60,817 nucleotides of DNA. It comes from Actinomycetes bacterium (lineage in GTDB: Bacteria > Actinomycetota > Actinomycetes > Actinomycetales > Cellulomonadaceae). Below are positions 38,207 through 47,226 of the stretch, in pieces. The DNA is taken from assembly GCA_023418375.1 (NCBI GenBank), contig JAEZZV010000131.1, positions 1 through 60,817 of the forward strand, read 5' to 3'. The notes under the pieces are model-generated. The model saw only the letters and a list, made by a program, of their open reading frames with translations, did no database searches and had not been told where the DNA came from. How positions within the stretch are numbered: the first letter of the stretch is position 1; each line of letters begins with the position of its first letter. The position numbers were made by a program, and so were the translations under genes.

Positions 38207-40576
38207 CTCACCGCCGAAGCCGTGCGCCGGTCCGGCCGCCGGATAGGCGGCCCCGACGTCGGGCCGCGCACCGTCGGCCGTCAGCGCGCCCGCGAAGACA
38301 CCGTCGACGTAGGCGTGCAGAGCCAGCGCCGCCGTCGGCGCGTCGGGGTCGAAGACCCAGCCGGCCACCCGGACACCGGTGGGCGTGGCGACCATCTGGT
38401 CCAGGAACCCGACGGGGGCGGCGTTCACGACCGTCACGACGCGACAGCCGATCGTCGGGTTGAAGCCCGCCGGCGCGTTGATGGCGAACGCGCACACGCG
38501 CAGGGAACCCGCTCCGGTCGGGACGTCGACGTCGAAACCGTGTGCGGGGCCGGCGGCCGGGAACGCGGCACCCACGTCGGGCCGCGCGACATCCGCCGTC
38601 GTCGCCCCGGCGAACGCGCCGTTGACGTAGACGTGCACGCCGATCGGACCGGCCGTGTCGGGGTCGAACGTCCAGCCCACGAGGCGCACCGAGGAGGGCG
38701 TCGTCGTCACCGCGTCGAGGAAGCCCCGGGGGACGGTGTTGACCAGGGTGACGTCGCGGCAGCCGATGGCGGGGTTGTGGCCGGCGGGCGCGTTGATGGC
38801 GTAGGCGCAGACGGTGTGCCGGCCCGACGGCGCCGGCACCTCGACGGTGAAGCCGTGCCGGGATCCCGCCGAGGGGAACGCCGCGGCGATGTCCGGTCGA
38901 TCACCGTCGGCGGTGGTCGCGCCGGCGTACGAGCCGTCGACGTACACGTGCACGCCGATCGGCGACGACGTGTCGGTGTCGAGGGCCCAGCCCGTCAGCC
39001 GAACGGAGCCGGCTGTCGTGGCGACCTGGTCGACGAACCCGATCGGCGTCGCGTTGCGGACCTCGACGTCACGACAGCCGAGGAGCTGGTCGTTGCCGGG
39101 CCCCACGTTGCGGACCCACAGACAGACGACGTGCCTGCCGGCCGCCGTCGGGATCGTCGCGGAGAAGCCGTGGGCGGAACCGACGCCGTAGGCGGCAGCG
39201 ACGTCGGGACGTGCGCCGGACGCAGTCACGGCGTGGGAGCCGTCATCGACGACGACGTCGACGGTCAGCGCGCTGTCGTCGTCGGGGTCGAAGGCCCAGC
39301 CGGTCACCGACACCGATGACTGGGTGACGGTCGTCGCCTCCCAGTTCGCGACCGGCGAGGCGTGCACCGTCCCGTTGACCAGCTGCGAGACCCGGGCGCG
39401 CACCTGACCGAGCCGGGCGTAGAGCTGCTCCCCCGGGCAGGCGGTGAGCTGCGCGTCACGGTGTCCGTAGATCGTGGGGAAGGTGACGACGGTTCCCGCG
39501 GCGTACTTCGAGGCACCGCCCCCCGAGACCATGGTGACGGCGCCGTCACCGAGGATGCGCTCGGTGGCGAACTTCCAGGCGATGGCCTGCGAGACGCCCT
39601 CGATGACCTCGGCCGACGGGACCGTCGAGACGAAGTTGCCGATCACGGAGACGCCGAAGGTGCGTGAGTTGAACCCGCCGGTGTGCACGCCGACGACGCT
39701 CCGGTCGAACGAGCCGCCGCGGCCCTCGTAGATGCGCCCGAACCGGTCGACGAGGGCGTTGTAGCCGATGTCGCACCATCCGCGACCGCCCGAGGCCTCG
39801 GGCAGGGTGTGGTAGGCGTAGATGCCGCGGACGATGCCGGCGGCCTCGTCCGGCGAGTACGAGTTCGACGACACCGTGTGGTGGACCGCTGCCGAGACGA
39901 TCTCCGTGGTGTGCTCCGGGGCGCAGGGGCGGCGCGACTCGTCGGCACCCCAGCCCGCCCGGGTGATGATCTGCGGCCGGGCCACCGACCCCTCGGCGAA
40001 CACCTGCGCGCTCGACATCCGCGCGTCGGCTGCGCCGACCGGGTCCGCGCCCGGGTCGATCAGCACGACCGACACGTCCGCGAGGGCGCCCTGCGCGACC
40101 ACCACGACGTGGAACCCGTCGGCATCGTCGACGACGAGCGCATCGGTGTTCACGCGGGCACGGCCCGCCTCACCCTCGCCCTCCCTCGCGGTCCGCCAGG
40201 CGCTCCAGCCGGCGGGGCTGTGCGTGCGGTACCGAACCTCGACAGGTGCGTTGCTCCGCGCCCAGCTGACGCCGAGCACGGTGAAGGGCTCCGTCGTCCG
40301 CTCGCCGGAGTCGACGACACGGGTCGACGGTCCGAGCGTCGCCGGGCCTCCCGGAACGGCGCCGGTCGGACGGGCACCGTCTCCGAGGTCGACCGTGACG
40401 CTCGTCGGTTCCTCGGGCACGGCTACCGGAGCGGCAGCGGCCGGGGCGTCCGCGACCGCGAGCGACGGGGCGAGCCCCGCGGACGACGGTCCGGTCACGG
40501 GGACGGCTGCGGCACCCGATGGCACGAGCAGCCCACCGACCGCAAGGGCGAGAATCGGAACGACACGACGATCCAT
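38102..40576 (-). CDS. Secreted N-acetylmuramoyl-L-alanine amidase (Amidase_2/PGRP-like) plus four ~100-aa repeats
   Basis: R..WGADES, VHHT, GWCDIGYN.LVDRFG.IYEGR, HTGGFN, GHRD...TACPG. Confidence 0.9.
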   Translation of the reverse strand: MDRRVVPILALAVGGLLVPSGAAAVPVTGPSSAGLAPSLAVADAPAAAAPVAVPEEPTSVTVDLGDGARPTGAVPGGPATLGPSTRVVDSGERTTEPFTVLGVSWARSNAPVEVRYRTHSPAGWSAWRTAREGEGEAGRARVNTDALVVDDADGFHVVVVAQGALADVSVVLIDPGADPVGAADARMSSAQVFAEGSVARPQIITRAGWGADESRRPCAPEHTTEIVSAAVHHTVSSNSYSPDEAAGIVRGIYAYHTLPEASGGRGWCDIGYNALVDRFGRIYEGRGGSFDRSVVGVHTGGFNSRTFGVSVIGNFVSTVPSAEVIEGVSQAIAWKFATERILGDGAVTMVSGGGASKYAAGTVVTFPTIYGHRDAQLTACPGEQLYARLGQVRARVSQLVNGTVHASPVANWEATTVTQSSVSVTGWAFDPDDDSALTVDVVVDDGSHAVTASGARPDVAAAYGVGSAHGFSATIPTAAGRHVVCLWVRNVGPGNDQLLGCRDVEVRNATPIGFVDQVATTAGSVRLTGWALDTDTSSPIGVHVYVDGSYAGATTADGDRPDIAAAFPSAGSRHGFTVEVPAPSGRHTVCAYAINAPAGHNPAIGCRDVTLVNTVPRGFLDAVTTTPSSVRLVGWTFDPDTAGPIGVHVYVNGAFAGATTADVARPDVGAAFPAAGPAHGFDVDVPTGAGSLRVCAFAINAPAGFNPTIGCRVVTVVNAAPVGFLDQMVATPTGVRVAGWVFDPDAPTAALALHAYVDGVFAGALTADGARPDVGAAYPAAGPAHGFGGELGPVAPGRHRVCLYVINTPVGFNPPLACRDLVVG

Positions 40577-40670
40577 GGCAGTCTCCCCCCGTTCGCCGGC
40601 CCTCAGCCGACCCGCGCTGGCACGCTACCTTCGCCGTTGGACGCTCGCGCAGGACGACACGCGACGCCCG

Positions 40671-42554
40671 TCAGGCGAACTCGCGCAGGCGGCCGGCGAT
40701 GCGCTCGGCGGCGTGCTGCCAGGTGTAGTTCTCCGCCACCCGGCGCGCTGCCTTCTGGCCGCGGACCTTCGCGATGTCGTACGCCTCGGCGACCTGGCGC
40801 ATCCGGGCGCGCAGGTGCTCCTCGTCCGGCTCGGCCCAGTCGAAGCCGTCGTAGTACACGCATCGAGCCTCTGCGGGCGTCATCCGGTAGGAGATCGGGT
40901 ATCCCACCTCCTCGTCCAGGAAGTCCGCCACCCCGCTCCAGCCGGTGGCGATGACCGGAAGGCCGCACGCCATCGCCTCGAGCACCGGCTGGCCCCAGCC
41001 CTCGCCGCGCGTCGGCAGGACGAACGCGTCCGCCGAACGATAGAGCGACCCCATCTGGTATCCGGTGAACTCCGGGTTGATCATGACCACGATCCGGGCG
41101 GAGGTCGGGAGGTCGAGACGGGCGATCTCGCGGCGCACGTCGACCGCCGGGTCCCGGTTGAAGACCGAGAGCAGCAGCATGACGTCCTCGCACGCGCCGA
41201 ACTCGCGCGCGAAGGCGCGGAGCAGCACCTCCGGAGCCTTCCGCTCGCCCCACTCGAAGACCGACAGGAAGGTGAACGAGTCCGAGGCCCGCTCGGCCTT
41301 GATGTCCGTGTTGAAGTACAGCGGGTCGACGCCCAGCGGCATGACGTGGATCGGCGGCTTCACGCCGGAGGCCCGGAACGTCTCGACGTTGAACTGCGCA
41401 GGAACCCAGATCTCGTCCATCCGGTTGCAGCCGGCCACCCAGTCCTTGGGCAGGCCGGTGACCTCGAGCATGGTGTAGCCGACGTTGCGGCCACCCGTGC
41501 TCCCGCGCCGGAACGCGTCCGCCTGCGAGTACGAGATCTCCGCCGCCCCGCGCGCCGGCGTGCGGAGAACGAGGTCGTCGATCAGCGGGTCGTCGGTGGG
41601 CTTGTCCTCGTGGCCGTAGGCGTTCTCGAACGAGACGCGCACGTCCTGGTGGTGCAGCTGCTCCATGAGCTTGCGGCTCCCGACCGCGTACCCGAGCGGG
41701 GAGTGCAGCACCGAGCGCCAGTGGGCGTCGACGTCGTAGCGGCCCCGGTCGAGCCAGTCGCCCCACACGCCGCGGAAGTGCTCACGGGACTCCTCGAGGA
41801 TCGCCCAGATGTCGACGTCGTTCTCGCGCGTCGAGGTGTTGTGGAAGTGGACCGCCGACACGTCGCCCGTGAAGACGACCCGCATGCCTGCCCGACGGGC
41901 GCGCAGGCAGTAGTCGGTGTCCTCGAAGTACGCGAAGATCCCCTCGTCGAGCGGACCGAGCCGGTCAAGGCCCTGGCGGGTGAGGTATGCGAGCGCGAAG
42001 ATGACGGCCTCGACGTCGCGGGTCCCGCGCCCCTGGCCGATGTCCTTCTGCAGGCCGCCGAGCTGCTGCCCGAGGATCGACACCGGCTGCATGTACGCGC
42101 CCAGGTGGTTGATGCGGCCGGTCTGGTCGACGAGCCGCGTCCCGACGACGGCGACGTCGTCGCTCGCGTACGCGACCGCCTGGAGCCGGGCGAGCCAGCC
42201 CGCCTCGTCGAACCGGATGTCGTTGTTGACGAGGATGACGTCCTCGTCCGGCCGCGTCGCGGCGATGCCGAGGTTGACGCCCTTGGTGAAGCCGAGGTTC
42301 GTCCCGTTCTCGATCACGGTGACGTCGTCGTTGTCGGCGGCGATCTCGCGCAGCCAGTCGACGGTGCCGTCCACGCTGCCGTTGTCCACGAAGACAATGC
42401 GGTATGCGGCGTCGGTGCCGGCCGTCGCCCGGATCGAGGCCAAGCACTGCTGCGTGTACCGCAGCGCGTTCCACGTGAGCATCACGAGCGCGACCGGTCT
42501 GGTCGGCACACCGCCTCCCTGGCTCACTTCCGTCGCCGCGGACACCTCGCTCAT
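40671..42554 (-). CDS. Bifunctional GT2-GT4 glycosyltransferase
   Basis: N-terminal DNGS, NLGF, NND, YFEDTDYC; C-terminal ERK, PTRGEGWG.P.LEAMACG. Confidence 0.9.
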   Translation of the reverse strand: MSEVSAATEVSQGGGVPTRPVALVMLTWNALRYTQQCLASIRATAGTDAAYRIVFVDNGSVDGTVDWLREIAADNDDVTVIENGTNLGFTKGVNLGIAATRPDEDVILVNNDIRFDEAGWLARLQAVAYASDDVAVVGTRLVDQTGRINHLGAYMQPVSILGQQLGGLQKDIGQGRGTRDVEAVIFALAYLTRQGLDRLGPLDEGIFAYFEDTDYCLRARRAGMRVVFTGDVSAVHFHNTSTRENDVDIWAILEESREHFRGVWGDWLDRGRYDVDAHWRSVLHSPLGYAVGSRKLMEQLHHQDVRVSFENAYGHEDKPTDDPLIDDLVLRTPARGAAEISYSQADAFRRGSTGGRNVGYTMLEVTGLPKDWVAGCNRMDEIWVPAQFNVETFRASGVKPPIHVMPLGVDPLYFNTDIKAERASDSFTFLSVFEWGERKAPEVLLRAFAREFGACEDVMLLLSVFNRDPAVDVRREIARLDLPTSARIVVMINPEFTGYQMGSLYRSADAFVLPTRGEGWGQPVLEAMACGLPVIATGWSGVADFLDEEVGYPISYRMTPAEARCVYYDGFDWAEPDEEHLRARMRQVAEAYDIAKVRGQKAARRVAENYTWQHAAERIAGRLREFA

Positions 42555-43714
42555 GCGGCCCCCTTCGACTTGCGCCCGATGGCGGCGTAGTGCTGGTAGC
42601 CGAAGATCAGGTTGTTCAGCGTCTCGGTGTTGCGGCCGAGCACGTCCCAGCCGGGCTGCGACCGCAGCTCGTCCGGGACGGGCGCGAGCCGGGCCGAGTC
42701 CGGGACTCGCTGGCTCCGCTGGATCCGGACGTCGTCGAACCCGCATGCCTCGAACGCCCAGCGCAGCGCCTCCGGGTGGATCGGCTTGATGTGCGTGAGG
42801 TCGACGTAGAAGAACGTCGAGAAGATGAACAGGGCCTCCGGGTTCGGCGTCTCCATCAGCAGGACGCCGCCGGGAGCCAGCTTCTTGTGCACCAGGTCGA
42901 TGATGGTCAGCAACTGGTTCGTCGTGAGGTGCTCGGCCACCTGGCTCGAGAAGACGCCGTCGATCTCACCCGTCGCAAGCCCGTGCAGGTGGGAGATCGC
43001 CTCCTCCTGACGGACGTCGCGGCCTGCCTCACGCGCGACGGCGACCTGGGAGGCATCGGAGTCGATGCCATAGGCCGGAATCCCGCGCTCGAGGAGCATG
43101 CCGATGAACTCGCCGCGACCGCACCCGAGGTCGAGGACGCGTCGACACCCGTCGAAGGCCGCCAGGTAGGGCTCGAGCAGCGGCTGGACGACCTCCTGCG
43201 GCCCACGGTGCCGGTCCTCGAAGCGCGCGTAGGCCAGGAGCTTCTGGACGCTCGGCAGGAGATCCTCGGACTCGGCCGCAGCGGCGCCCCCCGCGCCCAC
43301 GGCGACATCGGCGGCGAGGCGCTCGACGGTCCCCTCCAGGGAGTCCAGGCGCATGGTCGCGTCGCCGATGGCGGTCTCGACCCTGGCGACCGACCGCGCC
43401 AGCTTCTCGTCGATCTCCAGCATGCGCTGGTTGATGATGGACTGCTGGACCGCGACGGGCTTCGCGTACCACCGGACGAGTCGTCGAAACACACGCTTCG
43501 CGAAGTGGATCAGGGACCCGACCACGGGTCGTGCGCTCGACGACGGGCGGTCGACGATCAGTTCCGCGTCACGGCGGACGGCGTCGATCCCGTAGCGGCC
43601 CAACGGCTCGAGCTCGACGATGACCGGACCACGGGCGTGCTCCCGCTGGGCACGCGACAGCGCCACCCGGACGGTGTGGATGACCGCCGAGACCTCGTTG
43701 TTCTCCAGCATCAC
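42551..43714 (-). CDS. SAM-dependent methyltransferase with N-terminal coiled coil (putative glycan chain cap/terminator)
   Basis: FEDRHRG, VLDLGCGRGEF, QVAEHL, ETPNP, FY.DLTH..PIHP; RRLVRWY...Q...N coiled coil. Confidence 0.85.
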   Translation of the reverse strand: MMLENNEVSAVIHTVRVALSRAQREHARGPVIVELEPLGRYGIDAVRRDAELIVDRPSSSARPVVGSLIHFAKRVFRRLVRWYAKPVAVQQSIINQRMLEIDEKLARSVARVETAIGDATMRLDSLEGTVERLAADVAVGAGGAAAAESEDLLPSVQKLLAYARFEDRHRGPQEVVQPLLEPYLAAFDGCRRVLDLGCGRGEFIGMLLERGIPAYGIDSDASQVAVAREAGRDVRQEEAISHLHGLATGEIDGVFSSQVAEHLTTNQLLTIIDLVHKKLAPGGVLLMETPNPEALFIFSTFFYVDLTHIKPIHPEALRWAFEACGFDDVRIQRSQRVPDSARLAPVPDELRSQPGWDVLGRNTETLNNLIFGYQHYAAIGRKSKGAA

Positions 43715-43721
43715 GAACTCC

Positions 43722-44945
43722 TCATGCGGTGCCGCTCGGCGCCGTGACGGGCATCGACCAGGTGGCGGGGACGTACGTCAGCCCGACCTGGCCCAGAGTG
43801 CGCCCGCTGTCGACGACACTGAACGCGTACTGCCGTTCGTGCCAGTCGTAGACCGCCCGTCCAGAGCCGTCGTGAAGTGCGACGGTGAGCAGGTACGGCC
43901 CCTTGAGGAACGGAAGCTCGTCCATGGCGATGCGGACCGTGCCGCTCGCGGGCAGCCGGAGGCCGAGGTCCGAGCGCAGGGAGTTCTGGCCGTGCACGTG
44001 CTCCATCGAGTCGGCGCGGTGCACGCCGATGCCGACGACGAGCTCGTCCACGGGCCGAGCCGACGTGTAGTCGATCTCGAACGCCGCCGGCTCGCCACCG
44101 CGGAGGGCGCCGGTCGCCCGGCCGTCGGAACCGATCGTGCGGACCGCGGTGATCGTGACGTCGCCGCTCCCCCAGCGCGACGAGCCGGGCTCGTGCGCCG
44201 GCACGGCGGAACTGGCGACATGGACGTCGCCCAGGTACTCGGCCACCACTTCCTCGGACGGGCCGTACGACCGCAGGTGGCCCTTCTCGATCCAGACGGC
44301 GTCGCGGCACATCGAGCGGATCGTGTCCAGGCTGTGGGAGACCAGCACGATCGTCCGGCCTTCCTGGCGGAAGTGGGCGATGCGCTCGTAACACTTCATC
44401 TGGAACTCCTCGTCGCCGACGGCGAGGACCTCATCCAGCAGGAGCACGTCAGGCTCGACGCTGATGGACACGGCGAAGGCCAGCCGGGCGTACATGCCCG
44501 AGCTGTAGTTCTTCACCGGGAGCTCCATGAACTGCTCGACGCCCGCGAAGTCGACGATCGAGTCGTACATCGCCTCGGTCTCGCGCTCCGAGCGGCCGAG
44601 CACCGAGCTGGCGAGGTAGACGTTCTCGCGCCCGGTCAGGTCAGGGTGGAAGCCCGTGCCCAGCTCGAGCAGGGACGCGATGGAACCATGCACCCGCACC
44701 TCGCCCCGGTTGGGGGTGAGGATGCGGGCGAGCACCTTCAGCGTCGTCGACTTGCCCGACCCATTGGGGCCCACGATGCCCAGCGTCGAGCCCTGGGGGA
44801 CCTCGAACGAGACACCCTTCAGCGCCCAGAACTCCTCGAACTTGTTCGAGCGCCCGACGAAGCGCTCCTTGAGCGTGTGCGAGCGCTCCTGGTAGACGCG
44901 GAAACTCTTCCAGACGTCGTCCACCTCGATGGCGTTGGCAGTCAT
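43722..44945 (-). CDS. wzt: Polysaccharide ABC transporter ATP-binding subunit with C-terminal Wzt_C domain
   Basis: GPNGSGKST, ELGTGFHPDLTGREN, YSSGM, DEVLAVGD, VSH; RWGSG-initiated C-terminal extension. Confidence 0.93.
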   Translation of the reverse strand: MTANAIEVDDVWKSFRVYQERSHTLKERFVGRSNKFEEFWALKGVSFEVPQGSTLGIVGPNGSGKSTTLKVLARILTPNRGEVRVHGSIASLLELGTGFHPDLTGRENVYLASSVLGRSERETEAMYDSIVDFAGVEQFMELPVKNYSSGMYARLAFAVSISVEPDVLLLDEVLAVGDEEFQMKCYERIAHFRQEGRTIVLVSHSLDTIRSMCRDAVWIEKGHLRSYGPSEEVVAEYLGDVHVASSAVPAHEPGSSRWGSGDVTITAVRTIGSDGRATGALRGGEPAAFEIDYTSARPVDELVVGIGVHRADSMEHVHGQNSLRSDLGLRLPASGTVRIAMDELPFLKGPYLLTVALHDGSGRAVYDWHERQYAFSVVDSGRTLGQVGLTYVPATWSMPVTAPSGTA

Positions 44946-45811
44946 CAGATCATCTCCGCGAAGAGTCGCTCGTTACGCCGGAACACCGCGAAACCCGTCA
45001 CCACGAGCACAAGGCCGACCGCTGCCGCGTAGCCGAGCAGCTTCCAGTCCGGCGCGGCGTCCATGAGGAGGACGTTGCGCATCGAGACCACGACGCCGGT
45101 CATCGGGTTGAGCTGGATGACGTTGAGGATCGCGGGTCGGTCCTCCAGGACGTTCAGGGAGTAGATGATCGGCGTCCCCCAGAACCAGAGCTGCATGAAG
45201 ATCCCGATGAAGTGCTGGACGTCTCTGAAGAACACCGCAGCCGTGGACAGCAGGAGCCCGATGCCGAAGGCGATCAGCATCGCGACCAGCATGATGAGCG
45301 GCAGGTATACGACGTGCCAGTCCGGAACGCCGACGAAGATCAGGACGGCGAGCAAGGCGACGCCGAACTCCCAGAGGAAGGTCACGAACCCTGAGAGCAC
45401 GCTCGTCAGCGGGAGGATCTCCCGCCGGAAGTAGACCTTGCTCAGCAGGTAGCCGGCGGAGACGACCGAGGCCGTGCCGCCGACGGCACCCGACTGCATG
45501 AGGTTCCAGATGACCAGTCCGACGAAGAGGTAGATGGCGAACGGGACGTTCCCGGCATCACGCACGGGCGACGCAGGCAGGATCACCGTGAAGATGAAGG
45601 TGTAGATCGCCACCGTGGTCAGCGGGGTGATCAAGGACCATACGGCCCCCAGCACCGTGCCACGGTGCTGGACCTTGATGTCCCGGCGCACGAGATTGCG
45701 CAGGAGCTCCCGCGCTGCGCGGTACTCCACGAGCGTGCTCGCCAGGGCCGCCCGCCGTGGGCGGGGGGCAGGTTTCACCTGCACCGAACCGGTGCCGACG
45801 GAGGCAGACAT
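44945..45811 (-). CDS. wzm: Polysaccharide ABC transporter permease
   Basis: RDIKV..RGT.LG..WS...P, KVYF.REILP, FFRD, TPIIY, NPM. Confidence 0.93.
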   Translation of the reverse strand: MSASVGTGSVQVKPAPRPRRAALASTLVEYRAARELLRNLVRRDIKVQHRGTVLGAVWSLITPLTTVAIYTFIFTVILPASPVRDAGNVPFAIYLFVGLVIWNLMQSGAVGGTASVVSAGYLLSKVYFRREILPLTSVLSGFVTFLWEFGVALLAVLIFVGVPDWHVVYLPLIMLVAMLIAFGIGLLLSTAAVFFRDVQHFIGIFMQLWFWGTPIIYSLNVLEDRPAILNVIQLNPMTGVVVSMRNVLLMDAAPDWKLLGYAAAVGLVLVVTGFAVFRRNERLFAEMI

Positions 45812-46037
45812 GCCGGAAAGCCTACCGTCTGCACGCACTGCCGCCGACGGGCTCACGCTCGTCCGAGCGCCTCGGGTCGCGTGCTCAGGTCAGAGGATCG
45901 CCTCGACGGCCGAGCTGGCACGGAGCGTCGGGCCGGCGACTGAGCCCGCCGAACACCGCCGGGGCCCCGCGACGTGCGCTCGGCCCCGACCCCGAGGTCG
46001 GCGACCTCTCCGTCAGACCTCTGGGAGCATTCGGCGC

Positions 46038-47129
46038 ATGCGCATCGTGCTCGACGCCACCCCGCTCCTCGGCCGCCGGACCGGGATCGGTCGCTACACC
46101 CACCAGCTCCTCGAGGCGCTGCCCGGTGCCCTGGCACGGGCCGGGCTGGAGGCGGACGTCGCGGTGAGCACGTGGACCGCACGGGGCGGTCGGCTCGTCG
46201 ACCTCCCGGCGGGCGTCCGGCAGGTCGGGCCGCGCGCGCCCGCCCGGCTGCTCCGCTCGTTCTGGCTGCGGGGCGACCGCCCGAGGGTCGAGACACTGGT
46301 CGGACGCTGCGACGTCTTCCACGGCACGAACTTCGTCTCGCCGCCGACGCGCGGTGCACGCGAGGTCGTCACGGTCCACGACCTCACGTACGAGATGCTG
46401 CGCGACACCGTCTCCGCGGACAGCAAGGACTACCGCGTCCTCGTGCGGCGGGCCCTGGCGCGGGGCGCCCACGTCGTGACCCCGAGCGCGTCCGTCGCGG
46501 CCCAGGTGCGCGACTTCTACGGCCTCGAACCGGGTCGGGTGACACCGACCCCGCTCGGTGTCGACGCCGAGTGGTTCGCGACCGCGGCCCCCGACGGGGC
46601 GACGCTCGCGCGCCTCGGACTCCCGGAGACGTACCTCGTCTTCGTCGGCTCGCTCGACCCACGCAAGAACCTCGTCCGGCTGCTCGAGGCCCACGCCCGG
46701 GCGCGCGCGGCGGACCGCGGCGTCCCCGCCCTGGTCCTCGCGGGCCCCGCCGGGCGTGAGACGGGCCTCGCCGAGCGCGACGACGTGGTGCTGACGGGCT
46801 GGCTCGAGGACGCCGACCTCCGCACCGTCGTAGCCGGGGCGCGCGCCCTCGTGCTGCCTTCCCTGGACGAGGGTTTCGGCCTGCCCGCCCTGGAGGCGCT
46901 GGCGTGCGGTCGGCCGGTCGTCGCCGCCGACATCCCGACCCTGCGGGAAGTCACCGGAGAGCACTCCCTGCTCGCCGACCCGCTCGACGTCGACGACCTG
47001 GCGCGGGCGCTCGTGGAGGTGACGGCCGTCCCGGACGGCGCCGCGGAGAGGGCCGCGCGGCGCACCCACGCCTCCGGGTGGAGCTGGGCTCGATGCGCGG
47101 AGGCGACGGTCCTCGCTTACCTTTCTTGA
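46038..47129 (+). CDS. Glycosyltransferase family 4
   Basis: TGIGRY, HGTNF, VTVHDL, GSLDPRKN, EGFGLPALEA. Confidence 0.92.
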   Translation: MRIVLDATPLLGRRTGIGRYTHQLLEALPGALARAGLEADVAVSTWTARGGRLVDLPAGVRQVGPRAPARLLRSFWLRGDRPRVETLVGRCDVFHGTNFVSPPTRGAREVVTVHDLTYEMLRDTVSADSKDYRVLVRRALARGAHVVTPSASVAAQVRDFYGLEPGRVTPTPLGVDAEWFATAAPDGATLARLGLPETYLVFVGSLDPRKNLVRLLEAHARARAADRGVPALVLAGPAGRETGLAERDDVVLTGWLEDADLRTVVAGARALVLPSLDEGFGLPALEALACGRPVVAADIPTLREVTGEHSLLADPLDVDDLARALVEVTAVPDGAAERAARRTHASGWSWARCAEATVLAYLS

Positions 47130-47226
47130 GTGCCTCGGCCGGTTCAGATCGACCTCGATCGGCGCGGATCCTGAAGTTCCGGCCCGGTTGGCCGATCTAC
47201 CCGGGGTGGGCACCCGAGGAGGAACG

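Noticed and set aside
39822..42590. 922-aa plus-strand ORF
   Set aside because: Shadow of the amidase and GT2-GT4 genes on the minus strand.
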